In this document: positions 25,361 through 38,851 of the stretch, in pieces
How the letters are laid out: every line of letters starts with the position of its first letter
How positions within the stretch are numbered: position 1 is the stretch's first letter
Assembly: GCA_043228905.1 (NCBI GenBank)
Contig: JBHGNT010000011.1
Span: 13,206,001-13,270,000 of the forward strand
Direction of reading: 5' to 3'
Origin: Azolla caroliniana
Taxonomy: Eukaryota; Plantae; Polypodiophyta
DNA: 64,000 nucleotides
Translations under genes and position numbers: made by a program
The notes under the pieces: generated by a model
Told to the model about the DNA's origin: nothing
Seen by the model: the letters and a program-made list of their open reading frames with translations, nothing else
Database searches by the model: none

Positions 25361-27312
25361 TGTAAAAGATTACATGTGCAGAAGCGTTATGAGTGAACAC
25401 AGTTGGCTCAGTCAGACAACAAAGAATAAACAGTTAGGAATACACAAAGTAGGAGAGAGAGAGAGAGAGACTAAGTGAACAGACACAAAAACTTCTATTA
25501 CAAGAATAACTCAGTACTCAATACATACAAATGTGCTCATAGGGCACTTTTTATACCAGCCCTCTAACAGGGCTCACGTGAAGTAGTAACAAGTACTTCA
25601 ATGCTCATTAACTGAGCCCGACACTAATTTTCCTATAATAAGATTATTTAGTAAAATAGGTATATAGGGTCCCTAATGGCATATTGGACTCCATCCGACT
25701 CAACCAACCGATTCGGCTTATGGCTTATTTAGCCAATTGGCACATGTCTAATCCGGCTCTCGGCTTCTTCAGCCAATTCGGCCCATGTTGAGCTTGTCTC
25801 TCAACACTCCCCCTCAAGTTGAGCTTGAGGCCTCGATGTGTTACCTCGAGCTGGTTTTAGCCTCCAGCTTCTCTTGGCCTCTTCACACCTTGCTCGCGCT
25901 CCTTGTCTAGTCTGGTCCCGCGTCCCACGATTCCTTTGATCCAACGCTCCTCGTTTTGTCCGGTTCCACGTGCCTTGACCCCTACATTCGGCTTGTCTAC
26001 TACCCAGGCCCTTGTGAGCTTCGTTGTTGTCGTGATCTTGGTGTCCCTCGACCCATCGGCTCCTTTGTATTAGCGTCGGCTTTGGTTGCCCTCTCATCCG
26101 CTTGTCCTTCATTCGATTCGGCTCGTCCGGACCATGCTTCTCGACCAAATCGGCTGTCTCCAATTCATCTTCAGTTCGGCCATTGGAAATCTCAGCCCAA
26201 GTCCTGGCCTTCTTCTCCACGAATCTATCTTCCCCTTGTTCGGTTGGCTATGGCTTCAACCCATCCTTTTGGACGCCCCCCCTTCATTTGGCTAGTCTAT
26301 ACTTAGCCGATCTCCTTCCACTTGTTCTCTCATCTGATCCGTCCTCGGCTTCTTCAGCCGATTTGGATATTCTGGCTTCTTCAATCGTCTCGAAATCAAA
26401 TTCCACATCCGATTCGTTTTTTTGGATTTCATCTCTCCCCCTTTCATTTGCTTCCACTTTCACTTCTCCCCCTCAAGTTCAGCATGTCAAGGTACACCAG
26501 AGAGGACTCACTGGCGTACAAAGTGATGGTGCACCTCAATGTTCTTCGTGCGAACGTGGAAGACGGGGTTCTTCACTAGTTGGATGACGTTGAGGTCGTC
26601 GCAGTGTATCACTGTCGGCTCTTACACCTCCACTTGCAGATACTTCAAGAACATCTTGAGCCACATCGCTTTGTATGTCACGACAACCATTCTTCTGTAT
26701 TCGGCTTTGGTGCTCGACAGTGCAACTGTCGACTACTTTTTGTTGCACCAGGCGATCGCAACGCTCCCGAGGGAAAACACATATCCGGATGTAGACATAC
26801 GGTCGTTGGCATTTCCGGACCAATCGACATTCGTGTCGCTGACCAATTATCTGGTTACACTAGTTCGATACAACAACCCTCTATCCTTCATGTCGCTCAT
26901 GTATCGCAAGATTCGATGCACGCATTGAAGGTGGTCAAACATTGGTTGCGACATAAATTGACTAATTAGTCGGAGCGGATAGTTGAGGTCCTGTTGGGTG
27001 ATGGTCAAATATATAAGGCTTCTGACAATCTGTCGGAACCATGTCACGTCACAAGTCGACCCTGATCTGAAGCGAATCTTGACATTTCTGTTAAGAGGAG
27101 TTGAGATGGATTTGCAATTCGTCATTCCGAACTCAGCACATAATGCCTTTGGCTGAGCAGTTTGTCTTCTAAGGTGCAGATCACTTTGATCCCGAGGAAA
27201 TGATGAAGGTCCCCCAGATCAATCATTTTGAATGATGTGGCAAGCTAGGACTTCACGCGGCTAATTTCTTCTAGGTTGGTGCCAACGATGAGTAGATCAT
27301 CAACATGTAGAG
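25361..27312 (-). mobile_element. Degenerate copia 3' part (RT/RH, 3' spacer, PPT, 3' LTR 25361-25806), related to the 10951 element
   Basis: FRQIVRSLIYLTIT and FHVRTKNIEVH on the minus strand; GAGGGGGAG-TGTTGA at 25815-25801. Confidence 0.85.
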
Positions 27313-27350
27313 TTCGAACCATAGATTTGTGAGAAAAGTAGATTGAAATG

Positions 27351-28060
27351 TGTTGGGAAACAAGTCTCACCGTTAAATGTACTACGCAAAATAGAAAACA
27401 ACAAATCAACAAGGTATGCACAATACACAGGTTTTACGTAGAAACCCTAAACAGGAGAAAAACCACGGGAACAAATATTCCACCATGTGAATAGGAGTAT
27501 AGGGAGAAAAGAACAGATTACAACTCTCTATAACTCAAAGAATACCCACTTAGGGCTCTTGGCAAGTTCCATTGAACTATGCCACCACACACGCTCTCGC
27601 TTGCGCCTCTTCCTACTTTTGTTTGCTCTCACTTCTGCACTCAACTACAAAAACTCTAACTTGCATCATCTTTCATAATGTTTGCCCTATTGTATTTATA
27701 CTTATACACAGTATGGGCTATTTACAAATTTAGTTGTTATTATTATTATATAATTTATATAATAATAATTAATAATCCGACACGTCGGCTTTGTCTTCAA
27801 CCATCCAGTCGGCCCAACAAGTCGGCCTTATCTTCGATCATCCAGTCGGCTCAACTAGTCGGCCTCATCATCGACCATCCGGTTGGCCTGACTAGACGCC
27901 CTTGTCCTCACTTGGAGCATCCATCATTGTAGTCGACTATCATAGTCGTCTTTTTATCGACTCTAAGAACCAGTCGACGACCTTGTTGACTCATCGGTCG
28001 ATCCGACCGACCATCCTGTGTTCGGCTCGTTGATTCGACCGATAACTTCTTCCGTGATTT
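27351..28060 (-). mobile_element. Tork-like LTR fragment
   Basis: Minus strand U5 GTGGTTTTTCTCCTGTTTAGGGTTTCTACG...CCCAACA resembles the other Tork-like LTR ends; right boundary uncertain. Confidence 0.55.
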
Positions 28061-28404
28061 CTACTATCGACTTCTCCCATAGGAGGGACAAATTGTTACC
28101 CATGGGATTGTAAGTGTATGAGTGTATAAGTGATGGTACATGGATAAATAAATGTAAAGTCTTGTGCTAAAAGCCATGTTGTAAGTGTGTGCAAATGTGC
28201 ACAAGAGTAAGTGTGAGTATATTAATATGTGGAAACACATGCACATTTATGTGTGCAAAAATGGAATAGAGTTGTAAATTGGGTCTAGGTTGTTAGAAGG
28301 TTATGTAACTAACCTACAAGCCTCATTGCATGTTCTTGGATTGTGATCCTCATGTAATGTACCTATATAACCCCACCATAGTGGACGTTGTCGCGTTGTT
28401 ACGC

Positions 28405-31400
28405 TGTCGAGGTATTCCTCGCGGATGCGTGGAATGAGGCGGGACCTCGGGGGTCCTGTACCGAAGAGCAAGAGAGAAAGGAGGAGAGACCCACTACGTG
28501 CGAGCGTAGATTCACAGGGACACGGCCCTTCGACACAAAGACGCAAAGGAAGGAAAGAGTAGGTTGGAGGTGCTGCCGGAAGCACTCGGGCATTCCTCAG
28601 AGCAGCGCGAGCCTCCCGAAACCTACACAGCAAGAAGCTACGGAGTGTGCGAGCCAGAGAGAGAGAGAAGCCTTCGCCCACAAACCGACAACACTTCGTC
28701 CTCGACTCTCCGCGATCCCCCCCCCTCCTCCTCGTCTCCCTCCTTTTTATAGGCAAGAAGGGAGCCATTTCCTATTAAATTCCTACCTACCGAATCTGCC
28801 TACCTAGGATCCTCCATGTCCCTAACTCTCTCCTATGTACAACACAAGGCGTACGTGCATGAAGAGCCGGTTCCTATGCTCCGGCGCACCGATTCCGCTC
28901 GTGGACGGTTTTCTTCACGACATCCGCCCCCACCTAACCGCGCATCCACCGGCATGCACCAAATTGAGTTGGGACGGAGAAAACCGGTCCAGCCGTTATT
29001 CCCCGCCCATCGGTTCTTCCTCGGTTTTGGATCGTTCGTCGTCGCAGTCCAGGTCAACCGGATCTGGCTCGTCGTCGTGACGCTTCTTGAACGCTTTGAT
29101 CCGCTTCCCAGCTACCGGTATCGCCATTCTCGTGCCGTCGAGTTCCGCCAGATGGTACGTCCCGTTGTCGTTGGCGCTTTGTACCACGTAAGGCCCGAAC
29201 CACCTTCTTGCGAATTTCCGTGTCGCTCGGTGCTGGTTGTCGAGGCTGCTGTCGTAGACTAGCACCCAGTCGCCTTCCTCGATCTTCTTCGGTCGGAGCC
29301 GGTGCGTCCGATCGAACCGGGCTTTGTTCCTCGTCCTTGCCACCCGAAGCTTTTCCGCAGTCTGCTCCACGTCCTCCGGTCTTCTCTCGAGCTGCCGTAT
29401 GCGCGCCGTCAACAGTTCCTCCCGGCTCATCTCGTCTCTCCAGTCCACGGTTGCCCAGGAGGAGATCGTACGTTCCATCGGCATGATCGGCTTCTGCCCA
29501 AACATGAGCTCTGCCGGCATGAATCCGGTTACCGAACTGTGCGTAGTTCGGTCCGCCCACAACGCGTAAGGCAACAGCCGCGGCCAGTTCCCGACTTGAC
29601 CTCCGCATGCCCGAACTAACGCCTTGACGATCGGTCTGTGTCCGCGTTCCACCTTCCCATTCGCCTCCGGATTGTATGCAGTGGTAAGCGAGAGCTTGAC
29701 TCCTAACCGGTCGAACAGCTCCTCGGCTTCTTCGGCGTCCAACTCCCCGCGATCAGCCACGATCTTCCCGACGCACCCGTACCGGCATATCACGTCCTCG
29801 ATCAGGAACCGACATACGGCCGCGGTCTTTTGTTCTGAAGGGCTCGGCCTTCCGCCTGGTTCGTCAGATCTTCCCGAGCCAGGACCAGATACCGCATCTG
29901 TCCTACGCCCATCGGCATCGTCACCAGATCTACCATCCATTTGAAGTGGATGGTCGGAGGGTACGTAGGGTGAAGCTCGTCCCGATGCCGGACTACGGAG
30001 TGCATCTGACAGCTCTCGCAAGTTGTCACAAACCGATGCACGTCCCGGTACAGTCCCGGCCACCAGTACTTCCCCTTTATCTTCTCGAACATGGCCCACG
30101 TTCCACGGTGTCCAGCCCAAGGGCTGTCGTGGTAGGCCGTCAGCAGCTCCTCCTGTTCTTCCTTCATCGCCACCACCCGGAGCGGGACGCCGTTCCTCTT
30201 CTTCGGGTGCTTCCATAAGTATCCGTCCCAGAGAAAGAATCGGTAAGCTTTCTTCCGGATCCGGTTGGCCTCGTCCTTCGTCCATGACGCATCCGGTGTC
30301 ATTGTCCTCAAAAATCCACCGATCTGGAGCCACTCGCCGTCGTACTTGCTCTCTTCGAAGTCGTTAAGTGCCGGAGTGCTCGTCCCATCGGTCGTCACGT
30401 ACGCCGCCTCGAAGAAGTCCACGCCGACTTCTTCGTCCTCCGAAACCATGCCGCCCTCGTTATCAAACCTCGCCCTCGAAAGCATGCCGGCCATGGCGTT
30501 GTCCTTTCCGGAAATGTGTCGTATTTCCGGGTCCAGGGACTCGATGTACGCTATCCACCTGAGCATCGCCGGGTCCGGTGTCGTGCATCCGGAAACCATG
30601 CCGAGAATTGGCAGGCAATCCGTCTCGATAATCACTTCTGTCCCGATCATGTAGTCTTTGTCGGCCTTTACTGCCGAAACGATACCCCAGAGTTCGCGTT
30701 TAACCTGGGCGTACCCTCGCTGTCGCTCACTAAGGACCTTCGCGCCGAATCGGATCGGAAACCGATTGCCGTCCTCGTCTTCTTGGTTGACGACCCACCC
30801 GATTCCGGTCGGACTTGTGTCAACCGTTATGTACACTGGGGTGCCCTTCCTGTAGACGGCCTTTCGGAGCGCCGGTGCTGCCGAAAGAGCCTCCTTCAGC
30901 TTCCGGACCGACTCCGTGTGCTTGTCTAGCCATTCGAATCTTCGCCCTTTCTTCAATAATCCGTATAGCGGCTCCGCAACATGGGCGTAATGCGGGATCC
31001 ATATGTGGTAGAATGCGCATGCCCCCAGGAATCTCCGTACTTCCGTGACCGAGCTGCAGTCGGGCTTCATCGCGGAGATGGCTTCTACCTTTGCCGGAGA
31101 CGGTTTCCGGCCATATGGCCCACATAAGTGTCCGACCACCATGATTTCCGACTGCCCGAAGGCTGATTTCTCCCCCGAGAAGGTGAGCCTCGCATCCTCT
31201 AGCTTTTGCAGCACCTTCTCGCAGTCGTCGATGTGCGTCATCACGAATCGCCGGCATCCGTCTGGCCCGATCGTCTCGTCCTTCTCTTCTACCGGGCATC
31301 CCTTGATCGGGATGTCGTCTAGAAACGGCATGGTGATGTCCGGGATGCAGTCCCTCAGCACCTTGTTCATTGCATTCACCATGTGGGCCACCGAGTTGGT

Positions 31401-34400
31401 CCCTCCTTGCGGCAGCGTACACATCCGCACTAGGCCGAGGGGAGTTCGCATCGTCGTAATGTCTCTGCTCTCCACGGCTAGCTGGAACTGGTCGTACCCC
31501 GAGTACAGATCACCGACCGAGTAAATCGACCTTCCGGCGAAGGCCTCCGCGAACTCGTCTATGGTCGGTCCGATTCCTACGTTCCGAATGGTCACTCTGT
31601 TGACCGGCTGCAGGTCTTGAATGAAGCGCAATGTTTTGTTTTTCTTTGGTACGGTAAACCATCGGTTCGAGTATGGGGCACTCGACGATTCGAGAATGCC
31701 CATATCGACTTTCTACCTCAATAGCTCCATCAACTTCGGGATGTGAGCTCTCGGTACTGGAATCGGCTTGAGATTCCATGGTACATGCGGTACCGTGAAT
31801 ATCACCATCGACTCCACGATTGTCGGGTCTACGCACCCGATCTCTTCCGGTGAGAATGCGAAGGCTTTCCCGTGCCTTCCGAGCATCCTCCGAAACCGGT
31901 CTTCCTCCGCCGGTAGTAGGAACCTGCCCCCACCGATCTTGAGCTCTCGGAGCATCCCGTCGGTGAAGGTGTGTCCTATGCAAGCCGGATCTCGTAAACT
32001 GGGGTCCGACGCAACCCCTCTGATTCGGGACTTGCTGCCCTCCGGTAAGGGTGCCGCGACTGGCCTTACCTTCCGGTCCACAGTCTTGTACTTCGTGCTA
32101 ACTCGGGCCATCTGATCCGACCGGAGCCCCTGGCTGAAGTTCGCGATGACTTCGTACATCTCTTCGGAACATACCGGTATCGTTCGGTCTTCATTAAGGT
32201 CTTCTCCGACTACCTTCCTCAGCATCCCCAAGGTGTCGTCGAAGGAGACTGCCTCCACGGCTCCGCTGATTTCCTCGTCCGTGCCGAGAACTCCGCACGC
32301 TCGAAGTCGCACTTCCGCCCTTGTCTTTTCTCGGCCAACGATGCCGACTATCATACACCCTCCGTTGTTGGAGAAGCAAAATTTCCTACCTATCGTACAG
32401 GGTTCCTTTGGTTTCGGTTCTATCATACAGTCATGGGGTCTTTCCCGAGTGTCCGGGCTGTCTCAGCCCCACGCCTTGGCAGCCCTCTCTAAAAATCCTC
32501 TCGGTTCTCGCCACCGAGGGATTCGCGGTTTCGCTCGTGGTTCGGCCGCACCGTCAGAAATTGGACCGAGTGGCGCCCGTCCTGGCTTTTGACCCTCGCG
32601 TAGGCCGAACCGTTGTCCAGCACCTTGGTCTCCATTCGCGCCGCCGTGATGTATGGTTCCCCTAATATGACCGGGTGCGAGGACGTCTCCTATACGAAGA
32701 AGTGCTGGTCAATCTCGACGTCGCCAATCTTGACTCGCACGTTCGGGCAGGCCCCGTGCAGTTCCTCGGAGGCGCGCGTCGCCGCCCATATCTTCCACCC
32801 GTGCTTGGTGTTGATCGGCCACTTTCCCTTCTTATAGAAGTCCATGGACATCAGGTTTATTTCCGAACCGTGGTCCACCAATGCCACCACCGGTTCCCGA
32901 ACATCTCCGATCTTTACCGGGGTCTCCGTGGTCGCTCGGGCCCAGTGCAGCCTTGAATAGTGGCTCTCTGCCCACTCATCTTCCAGCGCCATGTCGTCGA
33001 TGTGCGTCGTCCGCACCTCCACCGGTCTTTCCTGTTCCGTCTATGTCGACAACCTCTTCCGTTTCACCAGGTCCACAATGGAGTCGTGGAACTCCTTCTT
33101 GGCGATCCCTAGCACCTCTCGCAATGACAGCTCCACTTTGCTGTCGAGGATCCGTTCTTCTAGGACCTTTCGTAGGTCCGTAGTCCTTTCTATTTCCGTC
33201 CCCAGTCGGTATCCGCCCTTCCTGGGGTTATCTTGCGAGCTGGACCCACCGGCATCGTTCCGTCGTTGCCCGAATCGGGTCTCGTACCGTTGTGAGGGCC
33301 CGGCCACTCCGGCTTTCCCCACTCGTTTGTCTTCTACCAGAGCCTCGTAGTTCCGGCAGGCGGCTTCTACGAAGCCCGTTTTCTCCTCAACCGGATCGCT
33401 CCACCCGGTTATTTCACGGACCCGTCTCTCAGCGCGGTCCGTTTCATCTTTCCTTAGCCGTGCGCCGGCAAGACCTTCTAGCATTGCCGACCAGAATCCG
33501 TCTTTGCCCTCCTTTCGGGCCTCGCTGTCCCCAACCCGAATGCCGACCGACGCCGAGTAGTGGATGGCCTCCACGTGTCGGGCCGCTGCCTCTTCCATCA
33601 GTCTCTTCATTCCTCCTCGCCCGTCATTTCGGTTTAGGGCCCTTCTGGTGTCGCCGGCGTGCACCCGGCCTTCCCACAGGTACACCACCCGGTTCCTCAA
33701 CGCTTCTGCGAAATCGCCGCAGTCCTTCCGGATGTGGCCGACCTCGTCGCACCACATGCACCTGTTCCCTGCTACCAGTCGTCGGTCACGAGCCGGTTCG
33801 CCGCCTTCCCTTCGAGTCTGGGCGATCTGGAGATCCTTTATCGCCCGCGTCAACTCCTCCAGCGCTGCTCCTCCGGACGAGCCACTGACCATGCCGGTCA
33901 AAGCCGGACCGGTTTCGAGCCATTCCCAGGTTTCTTCCCTTCGCCCTTGCGATGCCGGTTCAAGCCTCCTTGCTGTGACAGAGCCCGCACCGGCCGCCCC
34001 GTTATCAGCCCATTCTCGCCGTTTGTCGAAACGGCCACAGACTCTCTTAACCGCAGCCCAGTCGGTCGTCAGCCCGTCTTCGGTTTCCAACAAGGAGCCG
34101 ACTTGATCCCGGTCCCGCTCGTCCACCGACTTGACGAACAATAGGACCCGGCTCGTATCCAGAATGGTTCGGTCGAGCGCCGAAAGGCGCGCAAAGCGTT
34201 CTTCAAACTCCCGGAGGAGTGCCGACGCGTTTCTTCCCTTGCCGAGGGACTCCACCCATTCCATGAAGTCCCGTTTCGAAAGCCGGAGCGCGTCGTCCAG
34301 CCCGTATTTTTGTAGGAGTCGGCCTTCGAACTCCTCCCAGGTACGGCTCTCCGCCTGTACCTCGAGCACCTCCGCATGGATGCTCGGCATCGCCACTCGA

Positions 34401-35146
34401 GGGACCCGGCAAGACGCCTCTCTTCCGGAATGTCCCGCATCAGCATTTCTGCCCCGTAGGACGCCAAATACTTCGTGGCATCCTTTCCGCTGAACCGGCC
34501 GATCGTACCGACGACCGCCTCAATGGCTCTATCGAGGGTGCCGGAGCCCTCGCGTGCGCTCAATATCCGATCCACGGCCGAAGCCATGGCCTCCGCCAGA
34601 TCTGACCCTTTCATCTTCTGCTCTTCTGCCGCCTCTTTCACGTCGGGTTCACCAAGATGTCGAGGTATTCCTCGCGGATGCGTGGAATGCGGCGGGACCT
34701 CAGGGGTCCTGTACCGAAGAGCAAGAGAGAAAGGAGGAGAGACCCACTACGTGCGAGCGTAGATTCACAGGGACACGGCCCTTCGACACAAAGACGCGAG
34801 TGGGACAGCGACACAGAGAGACACGAATGTATGTATGTATTAACAAAGACAAACAACAAAAAAAACATGAAGTCGGTTACATCCGAACAGGCCGGCGAAC
34901 AGATGCCGATGCCTGTTCGTAAACGCACAGGAAGGAAAGAGTAGGTTGGAGGTGCTGCCGGAAGCACTCGGGCATTCCTCAGAGCAGCGCGAGCCTCCCG
35001 AAACCTGCACATCAAGAAGCTACGGAGTGTGCGAGCCAGAGAGAGAGAGAAGCCTTCGCCCACAAACCGACAACACTTCCTCCTCGACTCTCCGCGATCC
35101 CCCCTCCTCCTCCTCGTCTCCCTCCTTTTTATAGGCAAGAAGGGAG
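28405..35146 (-). mobile_element. Ty3/gypsy element A inserted in the 3' LTR of D; ORFs disabled
   Basis: 3' LTR 28405-28922; 5' LTR 34658-~35146 (U3 deleted); PBS 34638-34654; gag-PR 34614-32489 and pol 32492-28996 with stops and frameshifts. Confidence 0.92.
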
Positions 35147-38127
35147 ACAGAGAGAGAGATCCACAGACACGTAGAAGCGAGAAAAGAGATATAGAACGTG
35201 ACACTTAATTATAATGACAAGAGATTGCAAGCTCCGACAGTTACAACCGACAAGGCGGCGACGAACCCGACACGAGGACCTAACTCACGCACACTGACGA
35301 CAATCACACAACTCGAAGGAAACAAGAGGGGAAAAGGGAGCGACTCTGCTGGAAGCACACGGGCTGTCCCCGAAGCAGAGTCAACAACCTCTCGACACCC
35401 GCAGAGAGCGACGATTCCAGTAGAGAGAGCTCGGCCTTCGTTCCGTAGCCGCCCTCCTCCCCTCCTCACGCGCAATACCCATTTTTCTCTTCTCTTCTTC
35501 CTTTTATTCCTTGTCCCCTCCCTGGGATATGCACAATCCCCTCTAATAAATGCGCGTGGGATAGTAGTCACATCCATCGGTTCGTGTACAAAGTATACAG
35601 TCACGCATCCATCCGTGTAGGGGCCGGTTCGCGCGCTTTCTCTCCGATTCCGCCTATAGCCGGTTTTCTTCACGACATCCACCCCCACCAAACCGCACAT
35701 CCACCGGTATGTGCCAGAGACTGGTAGATATCGAAGAAACCCGGCCTCACTCGTTGCTCTCCGGTTCTCCGCCGGACCCGAACTGATCGTCGTTGTCACT
35801 CCCGCTCGCAGGCTCCGGCTCGTCTTCGAACCGCTTTTTGAAAGCTTTGATCCGCTTTCTGGCCACCGGCACCGCTAACCGTGTTCCGTCGAGTTCCGTG
35901 AGGTGGTACGTGTCATTGTCGTTCGCGCTCGTCACCATGTAGGGCCCGAACCATCTCCTAGCAAACTTCCGCACCGCCTTGTGCTGATTGTCGAGGCTGT
36001 TGTCGTATACTAAGACCCAGTCGCCTTCCTCAATCTTCTTTGGTCGCAACCGGTGCGTCCGGTTGAACCGGATCTTGTTCCACTCCCTTGCCGCTCGCAG
36101 CCTTTCCTTCGCCCGTATCACGTCCTCCGCCCTCCACTCGAGTTGCCGAATCCGCGCCGCCAACAACTCCTCCCGGCTCATTTCGTCCTTCCAATCTACC
36201 ACCGCCCACGAAGAAACCGTCTGCTCCACCGGCATGATCGGCTTTTGTCCATACATCAGCTTCGCCGGCATAAACCCTATCACCGAACTGTGCGTAGTCC
36301 GGTCTGCCCATAGTGCGTAAGGAAGGAGTCGCGGCCAATTCCCGACCTGCCCACCGCATGCACGCACCAATGCCTTTACAATCGGTTCGTGCCCACGTTC
36401 CACCTTTCCGTTCGCCTCCAGATTTTACGTCGTGGTGAGGGAGAGTTTTACACCTAGCTGGTCAAACAGCTCCTCGGCCTCCCGCGCATCCACCTCTCCT
36501 CGGTCCACCACGATCCTCCCGACGCACCCGTACCGACACGCTACTTCTTCGATCAGGAACCGACATACCGCCACGGTTGTCTTGATTTGCAGCACACGGC
36601 CTTCCACCTGGTTCGTTAAGTCCTCCCGTGCAAGCACCAGGTATCGCCTCTGCCCTACCCCCATCGGCATCGTCACCAAGTCGACCATCCACTTGAAATG
36701 GACCGTAGGCGCGTAGGTCGGGTGTAGCTCTTCCTAGTGTCGGACTACGGAGTGCATCTGACAGCTTTCGCAAGTCGTCACGTACCGATGCACGTCCTGG
36801 TACAGCCCCGGCCACTAGTACTTCTCCTTCAGCTTCTTGAAAGTGGCCCACGTTCCGCGGTGTCCGGCCCAAGGGCTCTCGTGAAATGCCGCCATTAGTT
36901 TCCCCTGTTCTTCTTTCCTTGCTACTACTCGGAGTGGAATGCTGCTTCTCTTCTTTGGATGCCTCCATATGTACCCCTCCCGCAGGAAGAATCGGTACGC
37001 CTTCCTTCGTATCCGGCTCGCCTCCTCTCTCGCCCATGCCGCGTCCGGCGTCATCGTCCGTAGGAACCTCCCGATTTGGAGCCACTCCCCGTCATACCTG
37101 CTTTCGTCAAAATCGTTAAGCGCCGGAGTGTCCCCTTCCTTCGTCTTTACGTTAGCCGACCCGAAGAAGTCCTCGCTGACTTCTTTGTTATCCGAAACCA
37201 TGCCGTCTTCGTCATTGAACCTTGCCCTCGAAAGCATGTCGGCCATGGCGTTGTCCTTTCCGGAGATGTGCCGTATCTCCGGGTTCAGGGACTTAATGTA
37301 CGCGATCCACTGGAGCATTGCTAGGTCCGGCGTCGCGCATCCGGAAACCATGCCAAGTATCGGCAGGCAGTCCGTCTCGATGATCACCTCTGTCCCGATC
37401 AGATAATCCTTGTCGGCCTTCACTGCCGAAACGACACCCCAAAGTTCGCGCTTAACTTGGGCGTACCCTCGCTGCCACTCGCTCAATACCTTTGCCCCGA
37501 AACGGATTGGGAATCGTACGCCACCCTTGTCCTCCTGACTGATTACCCACCCGATCCCGGTCGGGCTGGTGTCCACCGTTACGCAGATGGGAACATCCTT
37601 GCCGTAAATCACTTTACGGAGAGCCAGTGCTGCCGTAAGCGCCTCCTTCAGTCTCCGAACCGACTCCGTGTGCTCCGTCCTCCACTAAAAGCTACGCCCC
37701 TTTTTCAATAGTCCGTAGAGGGGTTCCGCGACATGTGCGTAGTGCAGGATCCAGATGTGGTAGAACGCGCATGCCCCCAAGAACCAGCGGACCTCCGTGA
37801 CCGACCCGCAATCGTTCCTCATCGCGGAGACGGCCTCTACCTTTGCCGGAGACGGTTTCCTACCGTAGGGCCCGCACAGGTGTCCGACCACCAAGATCTC
37901 CAACTGTCCGAAGGCCGACTTTTCCCCGGAGAAGGTGAGCCTCGCGCCCTCCAGTCTCTGCAGCACCTTCTCGAAGTCATCAATGTGAGTTGCCACGAAA
38001 TTTCGACATCCATCCGGCCCTACTGCCTCGTCCTTTTCCTCCACCGGGCATCCCCTGATCGGGATGTCGTCTAAGAACGACATGGTGGTGTCCAGTATGC
38101 AGTCCCTGAGCACCTTGTTCATCGCGT

Positions 38128-38851
38128 TGTCGTAGTGTATTCCATACATTACGTGAAAACCATAAAATAATATATCCGATTTTAGATACATATAAATAAA
38201 TAAATAATATATCAAAATATTTATCACGTGCATAAGGCAAGATTCCAACCCTATACCTCCACGTAGCCAAACCTCAACTTTACCATTATGCTACCTTATC
38301 TTCAGTGTTCTACAAATAGATTTAATAACTATAAGTGCTTTATTTGCGCCTACCTTATTAAAAGGTAAATCATGCATTTTTAGAGTGCGTGAATATTTTA
38401 TAGAAAAACGCAAGCAACTAAAAAGTGACTCATGCACATCTAACGTGCATGAGCACTATATTTAGCAAATAAAAGCAAGGATTAGAAAAGCATCACATGC
38501 ACATTTAGTGTGCATAAACATATTAGAAAAAAAAAGCATGTAGCTATGCTTAGTCTCTCCCATCACTATATAAGGATGGGGAGCACATTGTAGTTTTTGT
38601 TGATTTTTTTTTCTATAATGATCAATCAATCTAAAATATTCGTGGGATTCACGAATTTGCTAAAATAATTCTCTCTTACTACCTAAATATTGACTAAATA
38701 TACTAAACTCGTGGGATTCACGAGATTCTTATCTTATAACTCTTTATACCTATTCTTTACTAGCCTTATTTGTATTTTTCTTCCTCCTAGTCCAAAACCT
38801 CGGCGGTTCCCACCCGACTCACGCAACGATCCGGAGCTGAAAGGCACGACA
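38128..38851 (+). mobile_element. AT-rich solo LTR (724 bp) in the RT of D
   Basis: TGTCGT...ACGACA termini; 4-bp TSD GCGT; removal restores AHKVNAMNK; TATATAAG at ~38568 suggests + orientation. Confidence 0.9.

Noticed and set aside
28070-28384. Solo LTR interrupted by element D, continuing at 61542-61740
   Set aside because: AT-rich with a TATA box and probably a repeat, but matching termini and TSD could not be established
34798-34929. Segment missing from A's 3' LTR as a spliced intron
   Set aside because: Bounded by ACGC direct repeats with no GT-AG pair; a simple deletion is more likely
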